This document shows positions 46,376 to 55,000 of a stretch of 64,000 nucleotides of DNA, piece by piece; within the stretch, counting starts at the first letter, position 1, and every line of letters begins with the position of its first letter. The position numbers and the translations under genes were made by a program. Under the pieces are notes generated by a model. That model ran no database searches and was not told where the DNA came from. It saw only the letters and a list, made by a program, of their open reading frames with translations. The DNA is from an uncultured Gammaproteobacteria bacterium (lineage in GTDB: Bacteria > Acidobacteriota > Terriglobia > Bryobacterales > Bryobacteraceae). Location: contig CAWCZA010000023.1 of assembly GCA_963799935.1 (NCBI GenBank), forward strand, positions 38,037 through 102,036, given 5' to 3'.

Positions 46376-46824
46376 AGAGCTGATCCGGTCGCCGGAAGCG
46401 TCACAGCCTTCAGCCAATAGTTCGCCATTTGCTCGAGCGACGTCCGAAATCGACCTAGATCGACAGGCTTGACGATATAGCCTGCCGCGCCGTTTTCGTA
46501 GCAATAATTGACGTCTTTGGGATTAGAGGATGTGGTGATGATAACCACGGGTATCCGCTTCAGCCGCTCCTCGCTCTTCAGTCGAATCAATAGGCTGCGG
46601 CCGTCTTCGCCAGGCATATTGAGATCCAGTAAGATCACATCCGGCCAGAGTCCACGGCCCCGGTCCGAGCCGTCTGTCATGGAACTAAGAAGATCCATCG
46701 CCGACACCGCGTCGTTACAGCGTGCGATTGGTCGGTCGGTGCAACCGGCCAGCAGCCGTTTCGCTGTCTGAAAGTCTTCCTCGCTATCCTCGATCACAAG
46801 AATTACCCGGCTAACCCGTGACAT
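46372..46824 (-). CDS. Single-domain response regulator of the phytochrome-associated (Rcp1/BphR) type
   Basis: ILVIEDS, ILLDLNMP, IITTSS, YIVKP and YWL; directly downstream of the phytochrome. Confidence 0.9.
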   Translation of the reverse strand: MSRVSRVILVIEDSEEDFQTAKRLLAGCTDRPIARCNDAVSAMDLLSSMTDGSDRGRGLWPDVILLDLNMPGEDGRSLLIRLKSEERLKRIPVVIITTSSNPKDVNYCYENGAAGYIVKPVDLGRFRTSLEQMANYWLKAVTLPATGSAL

Positions 46825-46832
46825 AAGTCTTT

Positions 46833-49091
46833 CTACTTGGTACCGATCGTGAAGAGAAAGGTTGACCCAATGCCGGGCTCAGATTCCACCCAAATGCGGC
46901 CATCATGCCTTTCCAGAATCTTCCTTACTATCGTTAGACCCGTTCCTGTTCCCCCACCAAACCGATCCCGCGCGTGTAAACGCCTGAAAATCTGAAATAT
47001 GCTCTCGCGATGCTCGGGAGCGATCCCAATCCCGTTGTCCCTAACAAAAAAAACAGGTGTGCCGTTCACGTCCCGGGACCCAATCTCGATCCTCTTCAGC
47101 GGCTTGTCGTTGTATTTGAGGGCGTTCGAGATCAGGTTCGTGAACACCTGGCCCAACCGCGGGTAATCGGCAACCACCAGAGGTAGACGACCTAGCACCC
47201 GAACCTCGGCCCCCCCTTCTTCGATCCGGGTCGCAAGGGTATCGAGAACTTCCTCGACCAATTCATTCACGTTGCAATCCTTTACGGTCATTCCCTCGCG
47301 GCCCAAGCGGGAGTAATTCAGAAGGCTGTCCAGCAGGTCGTCCATGCGACAGGTCAGCCGGATGACGGCTTTTAACTTCGACACCGAGTCGTCGTCCAGT
47401 TGCTCGCCGACATCCTCCAAAAGGAATTGCGTGTAGTTGTGGATGCCGCGCAGCGGTTCCTTCAGATCGTGCGAAGCGATATAAGCGAAGGCGTCGAGCT
47501 CGACATTGGTGCGCTGCAGACTCTGATATAAGCTTTCTAACTCTCCGACGCGGCGCGCGGTGATCTCGAGTAACGCGTTCCTCAGCTTGCTAGCGGCTTC
47601 CACCTCGACGTCTTTCCATGGCCGGCATTGCTGACGCACGGTTTCTTTCCAGATCGCGAAGGAGGTGCGCGGCATCAGACGCTGCCCGTCATCCGATAGC
47701 TCCACCGGCTTCTTTGGATCGCCCGCCCATTGCACCGTCTGCTCAAACTCCGGCCGGAACCAAAGGATGAAGTCATTCAGAGCCGCCGAGATCCGAATCG
47801 CCAACAAGCCGCTCGCAGTTTCCGCGAACTGGCTCGCCTCGGGATACACAGCAGGAAGGCGACTGGTCGAGAAAACCGAAATGTCTTTCTTCGAAAGCCA
47901 GTCCGTCAGCTTTTGCACTTGCGACGCGTCCGGTGTTTTTCCCATTAGGAGCGGTTGGTCTCCTGTGACCACTGCTACTCCTCCGGCATCGATGAAGTCT
48001 CGTAAGCCCGGACTTCGATCGATCAAAACCTTGACTAAGTCGCTCGAAACCGCGAGTTCGCCGACGATGTGCGCATGCACGGACTGTAGTTTGGTCCGGT
48101 ACTCCCGGTTTTCCTGATCCTCTTTACCGGAGAGCTGCAAGGAAACCATGTGCGCCAGAAATTCGCAGGCTGCCCGAATCTCGAACGGAACATGCTTGGG
48201 ACCGGTGTGGTGGTGACATGCGATCAGCCCCCACAACTCGCCGTTCTTTAGCAGCGTTATCACCATGCTCGATTGAGTACCCATGTTCTTCAGGTACTGC
48301 GAGTACATGACGGAAACGCTGCGCAGTAGAGCGTAGGAGAGGTCGAGCGGTTGGCCGGTATCGGGGTTGATCGCGGGTTCAATCGGGGACGGCTGGTAAC
48401 CGATATCCGGTTGGTGTCGGACCCAGGTCAGCTTGAACAAGCGCCGCGCGGGCAGGGGAATATCCGAGGCAGGGTAGTGCAGTCCAAGAAAACTGTCGTG
48501 CCCCTCGGCCACAGTTTCCGCGAGGACGGCGCCGCTTCCATCTTCCAGGAACTGGTAAGCCATTACCCGGTCGAAGCCGGTAAACTCCCGGAACTGCCGC
48601 ACCGCGAGATCCAGGAACTCTTGGACGGAGCGGGTGTGTTCGAGCGCAGCGACATCGGCATACAATCTGGAGAACAGGTCGGCGCCCACAGGCACCGCCG
48701 TCTCGTTCCGCAGCTCGAACTCGGCAATCAGTACGCCGCCGCACCGGTGCAGGAACGTGTTAAATGACCGTTCGCCGATCTCAAATCGTCCGCAGTGTTG
48801 GGGAGCAGCGTCTGCGTGGATTTTCGCGCCACGGCCTCGCAGCTCATCTAGGCACGCAGTGTCCAGCCATGAATCGGCGGGTTGACCGAGGATGCGGTCC
48901 AACGGCTGGCCTGTAAAATCGGCCGTGTTTACACTGGCCTGCGTCACAATCAGTCCGGGCTCCTGAAGAACCACTAGAAAGCCGTGGGCCAGAGTTGCTG
49001 ACGCGAACTGAATCTGTTCGCGGTCGCAATTGCTCAAATCCACCTGGCTCGGATATACGACCTTGGAAAGCGATGCGCCGGTGTCAGGCAT
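46833..49091 (-). CDS. bphP: Bacteriophytochrome histidine kinase (PAS-GAF-PHY-HisKA-HATPase)
   Basis: DLSNCDRE (bilin Cys), DRVMAY, YPASDIP, WGLIACHH, WAG...PRTSF tongue, SHDLKEPLR H-box. Alternative TTG start at 49103. Confidence 0.95.
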   Translation of the reverse strand: MPDTGASLSKVVYPSQVDLSNCDREQIQFASATLAHGFLVVLQEPGLIVTQASVNTADFTGQPLDRILGQPADSWLDTACLDELRGRGAKIHADAAPQHCGRFEIGERSFNTFLHRCGGVLIAEFELRNETAVPVGADLFSRLYADVAALEHTRSVQEFLDLAVRQFREFTGFDRVMAYQFLEDGSGAVLAETVAEGHDSFLGLHYPASDIPLPARRLFKLTWVRHQPDIGYQPSPIEPAINPDTGQPLDLSYALLRSVSVMYSQYLKNMGTQSSMVITLLKNGELWGLIACHHHTGPKHVPFEIRAACEFLAHMVSLQLSGKEDQENREYRTKLQSVHAHIVGELAVSSDLVKVLIDRSPGLRDFIDAGGVAVVTGDQPLLMGKTPDASQVQKLTDWLSKKDISVFSTSRLPAVYPEASQFAETASGLLAIRISAALNDFILWFRPEFEQTVQWAGDPKKPVELSDDGQRLMPRTSFAIWKETVRQQCRPWKDVEVEAASKLRNALLEITARRVGELESLYQSLQRTNVELDAFAYIASHDLKEPLRGIHNYTQFLLEDVGEQLDDDSVSKLKAVIRLTCRMDDLLDSLLNYSRLGREGMTVKDCNVNELVEEVLDTLATRIEEGGAEVRVLGRLPLVVADYPRLGQVFTNLISNALKYNDKPLKRIEIGSRDVNGTPVFFVRDNGIGIAPEHRESIFQIFRRLHARDRFGGGTGTGLTIVRKILERHDGRIWVESEPGIGSTFLFTIGTK

Positions 49092-49683
49092 CTTTGCCGG
49101 CAAACCATTCGTGCAGCGACGAGAAGGTGTTTCGGGCGGACTCGCAAATTGCCTCCTCGTGATCGGGGTTGGCGAGAACGTAAGACTCTGCCGACGCCCG
49201 GAAATGCCGCCACATTAAGCCGACGTCGGGGCCATAACTCCTGAACCACTCGTGAGGAAGGCGCGGATCAAGCTGCTCGATTCGCCGGGCAATAATCTGT
49301 CCGCCGAGAGTAGAGCCTTCGAGCACATACAAGTACCCGAGCGCCTGCGCAGGCGTGTCAAGAAGCGGGATATTCTGACAGCGCGGCAATCGTCGCAGCG
49401 AGTGGTCGTACAGCCCGAGATTCATCAAGTCTCCCTGAAGCACAAATGCCCGCATGCGACTACTCAGGTCGGGCACTACAGCCTTCAGCCACGGAACACC
49501 CGCGAGTTGCTGCTCGGCGGGTTTAACGAACCCGAGAAACAGCTGAAGCAAGGAGCAATAGCTGGAAGAATCCCCGGTCAAGAAGGACTCAACCTGCCGC
49601 TCGACCGCCTGATGCTCTGCCTCGGTTTCCAACTTCAGCCGGGTCAGAATGGACGGACTTGCCGTGCTTCTGGTGTGTGTCAT
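49084..49683 (-). CDS. bphO: Biliverdin-producing heme oxygenase
   Basis: LKLETEAEHQAVE (heme His) and YVLEGSTLGG; overlaps the phytochrome start. Confidence 0.92.
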   Translation of the reverse strand: MTHTRSTASPSILTRLKLETEAEHQAVERQVESFLTGDSSSYCSLLQLFLGFVKPAEQQLAGVPWLKAVVPDLSSRMRAFVLQGDLMNLGLYDHSLRRLPRCQNIPLLDTPAQALGYLYVLEGSTLGGQIIARRIEQLDPRLPHEWFRSYGPDVGLMWRHFRASAESYVLANPDHEEAICESARNTFSSLHEWFAGKDA

Positions 49684-49807
49684 TGTTCAACCCGGCGGGA
49701 GGGAAGACCAGTCCCATCCTGTCAGCTTCAGGTCGAAAAGAAAATACCTACAAATCCCGACCCGGCATACGGGTAATCCGGTATAACTAGGTTGAACGCC
49801 GTAGTGG

Positions 49808-50461
49808 CTAAGACGAAATAATCTGGTTGTGTATCGCGTACCGGACCAGTTCGCTAAGCGACTTCAGGCCCAGCTTGTCCATGATGTTTTTGCGGTGGGT
49901 TTCTACGGTCTTGACGCTGATTTCTAACCGCCTAGCCGTTTCCTTGTTGGTGCAACCTTCGGCCAGAAGTTGAATGACCTCGCGTTCCCGCGGCGAAACC
50001 CGGGACGGCAGTTCTGAGCCCGCACCAGCTTCAGACTTCTCGCGCAGGCTTCTCATCACGAATTCCGACACGGAAGACGTGAAGAAGACCCGCCCAACCA
50101 GCAGAGCTTCCACGGCGGCGATCAAATCTTCCCCGGCATCCGCCTTCAGCACGTAACCGCGCGCGCCGGCGATGAGCATCTCACGCACGAGTTGTTCGGA
50201 ATCGTGCGCCGAGAGAATCAGAACCGGGAGCGATGGAAAGTCTTTGCATATCTGCCGGGTCGCTTCGATGCCGTTCAGATCCGGCATGTTGACGTCCATC
50301 ACCACGATGTCCGGCGGTTCTTGCCGCACCAGCTCCACGGCCTGTCTGCCGTTGCTTGCTTCCCGGAAAACTTTCCAACCCGGATGCGATTCCAGGATCA
50401 GCCGAAGCCCTTGCCTCACGACCGCGTGGTCGTCGGCGATAGTGATGCGAACCGTCGTCAT
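49808..50461 (-). CDS. NarL/LuxR family response regulator
   Basis: ADDHAVVR, VMDVNMP, and HTH SPREREVIQLLAEG...KTVETHR. Confidence 0.95.
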   Translation of the reverse strand: MTTVRITIADDHAVVRQGLRLILESHPGWKVFREASNGRQAVELVRQEPPDIVVMDVNMPDLNGIEATRQICKDFPSLPVLILSAHDSEQLVREMLIAGARGYVLKADAGEDLIAAVEALLVGRVFFTSSVSEFVMRSLREKSEAGAGSELPSRVSPREREVIQLLAEGCTNKETARRLEISVKTVETHRKNIMDKLGLKSLSELVRYAIHNQIISS

Positions 50462-53064
50462 TTCGACGCCATCGTTAACTGCACGCGAGGCAATTGCACT
50501 CTGATGATCGTGGAGCCTGGTCGGGATTTGATGGTGATTTCTCCACCCAGCTGGCGTGCTCTCTCGCGCATGCCCCGAATTCCTACACCTAACGCACGAA
50601 CCGAGGAGTGACCGTCGATCACATCTTGCGGTATGCCCAGGCCTTTGTCAGACACCTCCAGCACAATCGAATCATCGAAACACTCCAGGCGGACTCGCGC
50701 CACGGTGCTTCTGGAATGACGATGCACGTTGCCGAGCGCTTCCTGCGCAATGCGAAATAGAGCGGTTTCGGTTTCCGCATTCAGCCGGCCCGCTTCTGCC
50801 AGATCCAGCTGCAGATTCAATCCGGTCCGATCTGCGAATCCTAACGCCCATCCGCGCAACGCCGACGTCAAGCCCAACTCATCGAGGATCGGTGGGTGCA
50901 ACAAGTAAGACATGTTTCGCATCTCAGCCCAGCATTGCTTCACCCATTTCAAACAGTCCGCCGCCACTTCCTGCTCATGCGGCAGCGCCAATATGTTTTT
51001 GGAACGCGCCAGGACCGACAGATTCATGGCCGCAGCGGAGAGCGTCTGGACCGGGCCATCATGCAGCTCGCGAGCTAATCGCCGTCTCTCCTCATCTTGC
51101 AGGCGGAGCAGATCGCCCGAAAGTTCATGCAAGGATGTGTTCGCTCGTTGTAGTTCCCCTTCCGCCCGCTTGCGCTTGGTGTTGTCCCACGTTACTCCAG
51201 TGAAGCCGAGGAGATGGCCGTGCCTCCCGACCAGCCTCTGCCCGCGGCTCGCATACCACTTGAACTCGTCGTGCGCCGCGTGAGACTGGCCGGTTTGAAC
51301 CCGATACTCAATCTCCTGAGGTTCCCCGTTTTTCAGCGCCTCTCCGAAAGCGATCCAGCGCGCACGATCTTCAGCCCCAAACGCCTCGTGCGTTCCCCGG
51401 ACCGGCCCAGGTATAGCTGAGGACATTACGGCGGCAACCAGCGAGTCGAGATCGAAAGAGTCCGGTCGGTCCGGTTCCCATCGCCAGATACTCATTTCTC
51501 CCGCTTGAAGCGCCAGGTCCAACTCCTCCTTGCTGCGCCGGAGAGCTTGCTCGGTCTCATATTGCGCAGTGATATCGCGAATGGTCTGGACGACGAGAAT
51601 CGGATCGCCATTCTCGTCTGAAACCGGAGCGCCCCCGAAGCTGGCAATGAAGCGCTTGCCCGTGTCGAGCCGGATTACTTCCAGTTCGTACCCGGAAATT
51701 GTTTCGCCGCGCAGAATCCGGGCGAGTGGCCAGTTGTCCATGGGCACGAACTCTCCATCCAGGGTCCGTAGCTCAAACTCGAGATACTCGCCCAGGTGTT
51801 TTTTCGCGTTCTCTTCAGACTCGATTCCCAACAATCGAATCGCGGCGGGATTCATGGAGAGGACAGTTCCACTCGGATCAGCGATCACGATGCCCTTGGT
51901 GATGCTGCGAAGCACCGCCTCCAGTCGCCGCAGTTCCTGCTCCGCGTCCCGGAGTCGTTCCGCCCGCCTGAGTTCCATCATGTCCCGGCCCTCCGCGATG
52001 ATCAGGGACACATCGCCTGCCGGGTCAGGCAAAGGACTAAGCGAAAAGTCGATCGTCGTTGACAGTTGTCCCTTGCCCCAAACGTTGACCTCATACCGCA
52101 CGAATTCACCGCGCGCGGCACGAGCCACCGATTGCCGGAGGCGATCCTGGGTTTCAGTCGAGATTTGCCACCATCCCGCATCCCAGAACGGCTTGTCGAT
52201 CACCTCTTCCCGGCTTAAGCCGCCAAACACCAGCGCGGTCTGGTTCACTTCGAGGAGTGTTCCGTTCCGGTCCAGCAGCCCGATGAACTGAAAGGTTTGG
52301 TCGAAGATGGCGTGGAATCGTTGTTCGCTGCGACCAAGGGCGAGCTCGGCTGTTTTGTACGCCGTGATGTCCACAAAAGTGCCTGTGAACCGCAGAGGGC
52401 GCCGGTTGGAATCCGTGGCGGCTACTTTGCCTCGGGCGAGAACCCAGCGCCACTCGCCTGATTTGCTGTAAAGCCGGTGCTCCGATTCATACTCGGCGAC
52501 ACCTCGTGCAAGACGAGCATCCTTCAGTTGTGCCGCCACTCGCTCCCTGTCATCAGGGTGGACCAGTTCCGCCCATTCCCAATATTCCGGCCTGATCTCG
52601 TTAGGTCCATAACCCAGCAGATTCGCCGACTTGTCGTTGACCTCCACGCGGCCGGTCGAGATGTCCCAGTCCCACAACGCGATATTTGCTCCTTCGAGAG
52701 CCAACTGCAGATAAGCCCGGCTTTCGTCAGCTTCCTGCTCCGCGGCTTTAAGGGAACTCGGGTCTGCAATATACGCCGGTGGGTTGCGATCCGCAATTTC
52801 TACCGGTTGGGAGGCCGGCGAAAAGAGAGTCACGGTCGCGGTCCCGGCGCCGAAGGGAATTAGCCATGAGGTTAGCGACCGGCACTTCTTTTCCAGTGGG
52901 CTATGTTCGCCCGCGACACCCATGCAGCTCTGCGCCGCTGGGTTCGCATACACAAGCCCCTGTTCGCTTTGAACGGAAACTGGAAGCCTGCATTTGTCGA
53001 AGAGCGCGGCAAGTTGCATGTTCTCCGTGTGCTGCGGTTGGGGATTCGACTGGATCGTGTCCAT
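50458..53064 (-). CDS. Cytoplasmic multi-PAS histidine kinase, HisKA_3 (NarX/UhpB) class
   Basis: WDWDI, VHPDDR, FWDAGWW, ERRRLARELHD, RIAQEALGNV and GIRGMRER; no TM helix seen. Confidence 0.92.
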   Translation of the reverse strand: MDTIQSNPQPQHTENMQLAALFDKCRLPVSVQSEQGLVYANPAAQSCMGVAGEHSPLEKKCRSLTSWLIPFGAGTATVTLFSPASQPVEIADRNPPAYIADPSSLKAAEQEADESRAYLQLALEGANIALWDWDISTGRVEVNDKSANLLGYGPNEIRPEYWEWAELVHPDDRERVAAQLKDARLARGVAEYESEHRLYSKSGEWRWVLARGKVAATDSNRRPLRFTGTFVDITAYKTAELALGRSEQRFHAIFDQTFQFIGLLDRNGTLLEVNQTALVFGGLSREEVIDKPFWDAGWWQISTETQDRLRQSVARAARGEFVRYEVNVWGKGQLSTTIDFSLSPLPDPAGDVSLIIAEGRDMMELRRAERLRDAEQELRRLEAVLRSITKGIVIADPSGTVLSMNPAAIRLLGIESEENAKKHLGEYLEFELRTLDGEFVPMDNWPLARILRGETISGYELEVIRLDTGKRFIASFGGAPVSDENGDPILVVQTIRDITAQYETEQALRRSKEELDLALQAGEMSIWRWEPDRPDSFDLDSLVAAVMSSAIPGPVRGTHEAFGAEDRARWIAFGEALKNGEPQEIEYRVQTGQSHAAHDEFKWYASRGQRLVGRHGHLLGFTGVTWDNTKRKRAEGELQRANTSLHELSGDLLRLQDEERRRLARELHDGPVQTLSAAAMNLSVLARSKNILALPHEQEVAADCLKWVKQCWAEMRNMSYLLHPPILDELGLTSALRGWALGFADRTGLNLQLDLAEAGRLNAETETALFRIAQEALGNVHRHSRSTVARVRLECFDDSIVLEVSDKGLGIPQDVIDGHSSVRALGVGIRGMRERARQLGGEITIKSRPGSTIIRVQLPRVQLTMASK

Positions 53065-53621
53065 AGGACTGACTTCTAAACTCTACTCTCGGCGGTCGGG
53101 CAAAGATCGGGGATGGATAAGATGTCGGGCAAACTCGCCACGTAATAAACCCGTCGTATGCCGGGGTGCAAACGCTATATAACGCGACAGACCGGGCCAT
53201 GCCGCTTTTATATTCATGTGGACGTAAGTTGTCAAACGTGTGCGCGACTCACATCCGCAGTGCTCTTCAAGAGAGAGAATGACCGCGCACCCGCTCTCGA
53301 AAATTCCACTTGGTACAAGGGAATCTTAGTTAGCCAGCTAGCAGGGGAAGCGGGTACGGACGGAGCCTTTGACTTAGTTGTATCTAAGATGAGAAAACAA
53401 CCGAGTCTCCTCCGCATGTTCACTCACGTGAAGATGAGCTCTTCTATGTATTTGAAGGAATTCTCAATATCTACACGGAAGGGCAGATACTCGGGGTAAG
53501 TGCGGGCGAATGCGTGTTTCTTCCTAACGCAAAACCGCATGCGTTCCTTATCCAGTGGACGGTAACTCCGGCGGACCGCTGGCCGGAACCATCGGAGCAT
53601 TACCAAAGGGATCCGCGCCCT

Positions 53622-54488
53622 TCAGCCGGACGCGGGAAGATGACTTTCATAGATACTCAGAATCTGAACACGAGTCGGCATTTCGATCAGGAACTCGTGG
53701 TCACGCTCTAAGTGATGGATCCGGGTCGGGTCGCCTCCTGTGAAACGAGACATCGCGTCGACGCTTTCCCAGTAGGAGATCGTCATGAACTCCGTTTCAC
53801 TCTCGCGGTCTTCGCGGAGCGCCTGAACGCCCATCGCTTTCTCCATCAAGGGCTTAATCCCGAACTCGTAATTGTATTTCTGATACTCGTCAGCCCGCTC
53901 CCGTCTGGCTCGACCTTTCCAAATGCGAGCGATCGTTGCTTTCTTTGGCGTAATGTCTACACCGGGCGCCTCGGTATCTTGGATACCGGCCCAATCGAGC
54001 GCCTGCCGCCGATCGGCAAAAGCCCTCATTTGGACTGGACGGCCATTGCGGAAAGTGAACACATCGGCCAGGCGCGTCTCACTCCAGGCTGAGTTCCCTT
54101 TCGGTCGCGCGCGAACGTGGACAAAGACGACGACCTTGTCTTCCGCCTTATCTTCCCCTATAAGAAAACGTTCCGGCTCGCTGGCGCCTTCAGCCCACCC
54201 CGCACGCGATTGCGTGAGGTAAGCAGCCACGCCGGCATGGCCATGATAGGTACCCCCGCCCGGAAATTCGGCGGGCTCGATCCACTCGATTTCGGGATCG
54301 AGTCCGCTTACCGTCGCCCGAATGTCCCCTCGATTGAAAGCCGCATATGCGTCACGCAGTAGTCGTACTTCCCCTTCCTGCTTCGCGTTGGAATCCATCG
54401 GCCTTGCCGTCCCTTTCCTGCCGCAGCCGAGCTGCATCGCTATCGCGCCCAGACAGAGAGTTACAAGTTCTCTTCTCTGTTCATTCAT
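53622..54488 (-). CDS. Fusion of a SnoaL/NTF2-like domain and an ABM (antibiotic biosynthesis monooxygenase) domain; possible lipoprotein
   Basis: QRR...LGC leader; YAAFNRGD..GGTYHGHAGV (SnoaL-like); IARIWKG...FMTISYWES (ABM-like). Confidence 0.75.
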   Translation of the reverse strand: MNEQRRELVTLCLGAIAMQLGCGRKGTARPMDSNAKQEGEVRLLRDAYAAFNRGDIRATVSGLDPEIEWIEPAEFPGGGTYHGHAGVAAYLTQSRAGWAEGASEPERFLIGEDKAEDKVVVFVHVRARPKGNSAWSETRLADVFTFRNGRPVQMRAFADRRQALDWAGIQDTEAPGVDITPKKATIARIWKGRARRERADEYQKYNYEFGIKPLMEKAMGVQALREDRESETEFMTISYWESVDAMSRFTGGDPTRIHHLERDHEFLIEMPTRVQILSIYESHLPASG

Positions 54489-54657
54489 GCGTCAAATCTA
54501 TCAGCTGGGCTACACCGTGATGTTGTCTTTCGAAAGCCAGAAACTTACATTGCTCAGGGTCTACAGAATCTAAAAGAAATGCCGACTGAAAAGTTAGACG
54601 CTGAAATTGGTCGAGAGCGTCTCATGCGAGAACAAGGCTGTCGACACCAATTCGATT

Positions 54658-54805
54658 AGGTAGATCCGCGCTTCTACGGGTACGGCAGATCTTACCTTCG
54701 GCGGAAAAGTTGACCGCCAATATTGTCGGTCTCTGAATCGCCGCCAACCTCCGGACTAACATTGGTTTCTGACTAAGTGCCGCGCAATTGTGCGGCACTT
54801 TTTTT
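54658..54805 (+). ncRNA. Candidate structured sRNA or attenuator leader
   Basis: Three predicted stems (54658-97, 54700-18, 54717-65) followed by an intrinsic terminator; no plus-strand gene upstream. Confidence 0.4.
54775..54805 (+). terminator. Rho-independent terminator
   Basis: AAGTGCCGC-GC-AATT-GT-GCGGCACTT, with a 7-T run at 54799-54805. Confidence 0.85.
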
Positions 54806-54866
54806 GCTTAAATGTACTGTCCGCCGCGGCCCTGACGTTACCGTCATCCCCGGAACCAATCATGAA

Positions 54867-54882
54867 TGTGATGTTCTTCACG
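54867..54882. promoter_or_regulatory. CRP/FNR-family-like binding site
   Basis: TGTGA-TGTTCT-TCACG, a 9/10 match to TGTGA-N6-TCACA, about 120 nt upstream of the surface-protein start. Confidence 0.5.
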
Positions 54883-55000
54883 CACCCGCTGAACTAAATT
54901 TTCCCACTTAGGTGTAGCTCTTTTCCAATATGCCGAATAGATCAGCAGCGCTGCTACTACAGCGACTCTTAATAGTCACTCGGGATAGGAACTTACACTT

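Noticed and set aside
44231-53064. LOV blue-light domains among the PAS repeats
   Set aside because: No GxNCRFLQ motif; the closest segment reads TRNLQNIAGP, without Cys.
49760-53167. Shared 11-mer CGTATGCCGGG in two intergenic regions flanking the NarL system
   Set aside because: A rough estimate puts such a match within chance for about 700 bp of intergenic DNA; there are only two copies, in opposite orientation.
53095-53200. c-di-GMP-I (GEMM) riboswitch suggested by GGGCAAAC
   Set aside because: Lacks the GAAA tetraloop, GACGCAAAG and GGxCUAA elements, and is antisense to the adjacent kinase gene.
53419-53432. TTCAC-N4-GTGAA palindrome as a Rex or FNR site
   Set aside because: The half-site order is opposite to Rex and does not match FNR; it is a single unsupported occurrence.
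53232-53606. Two in-frame minus-strand ORFs separated by one TGA (possible pseudogene or recoding)
   Set aside because: No recognisable motif, SD or SECIS-like hairpin; likely non-coding regulatory DNA.
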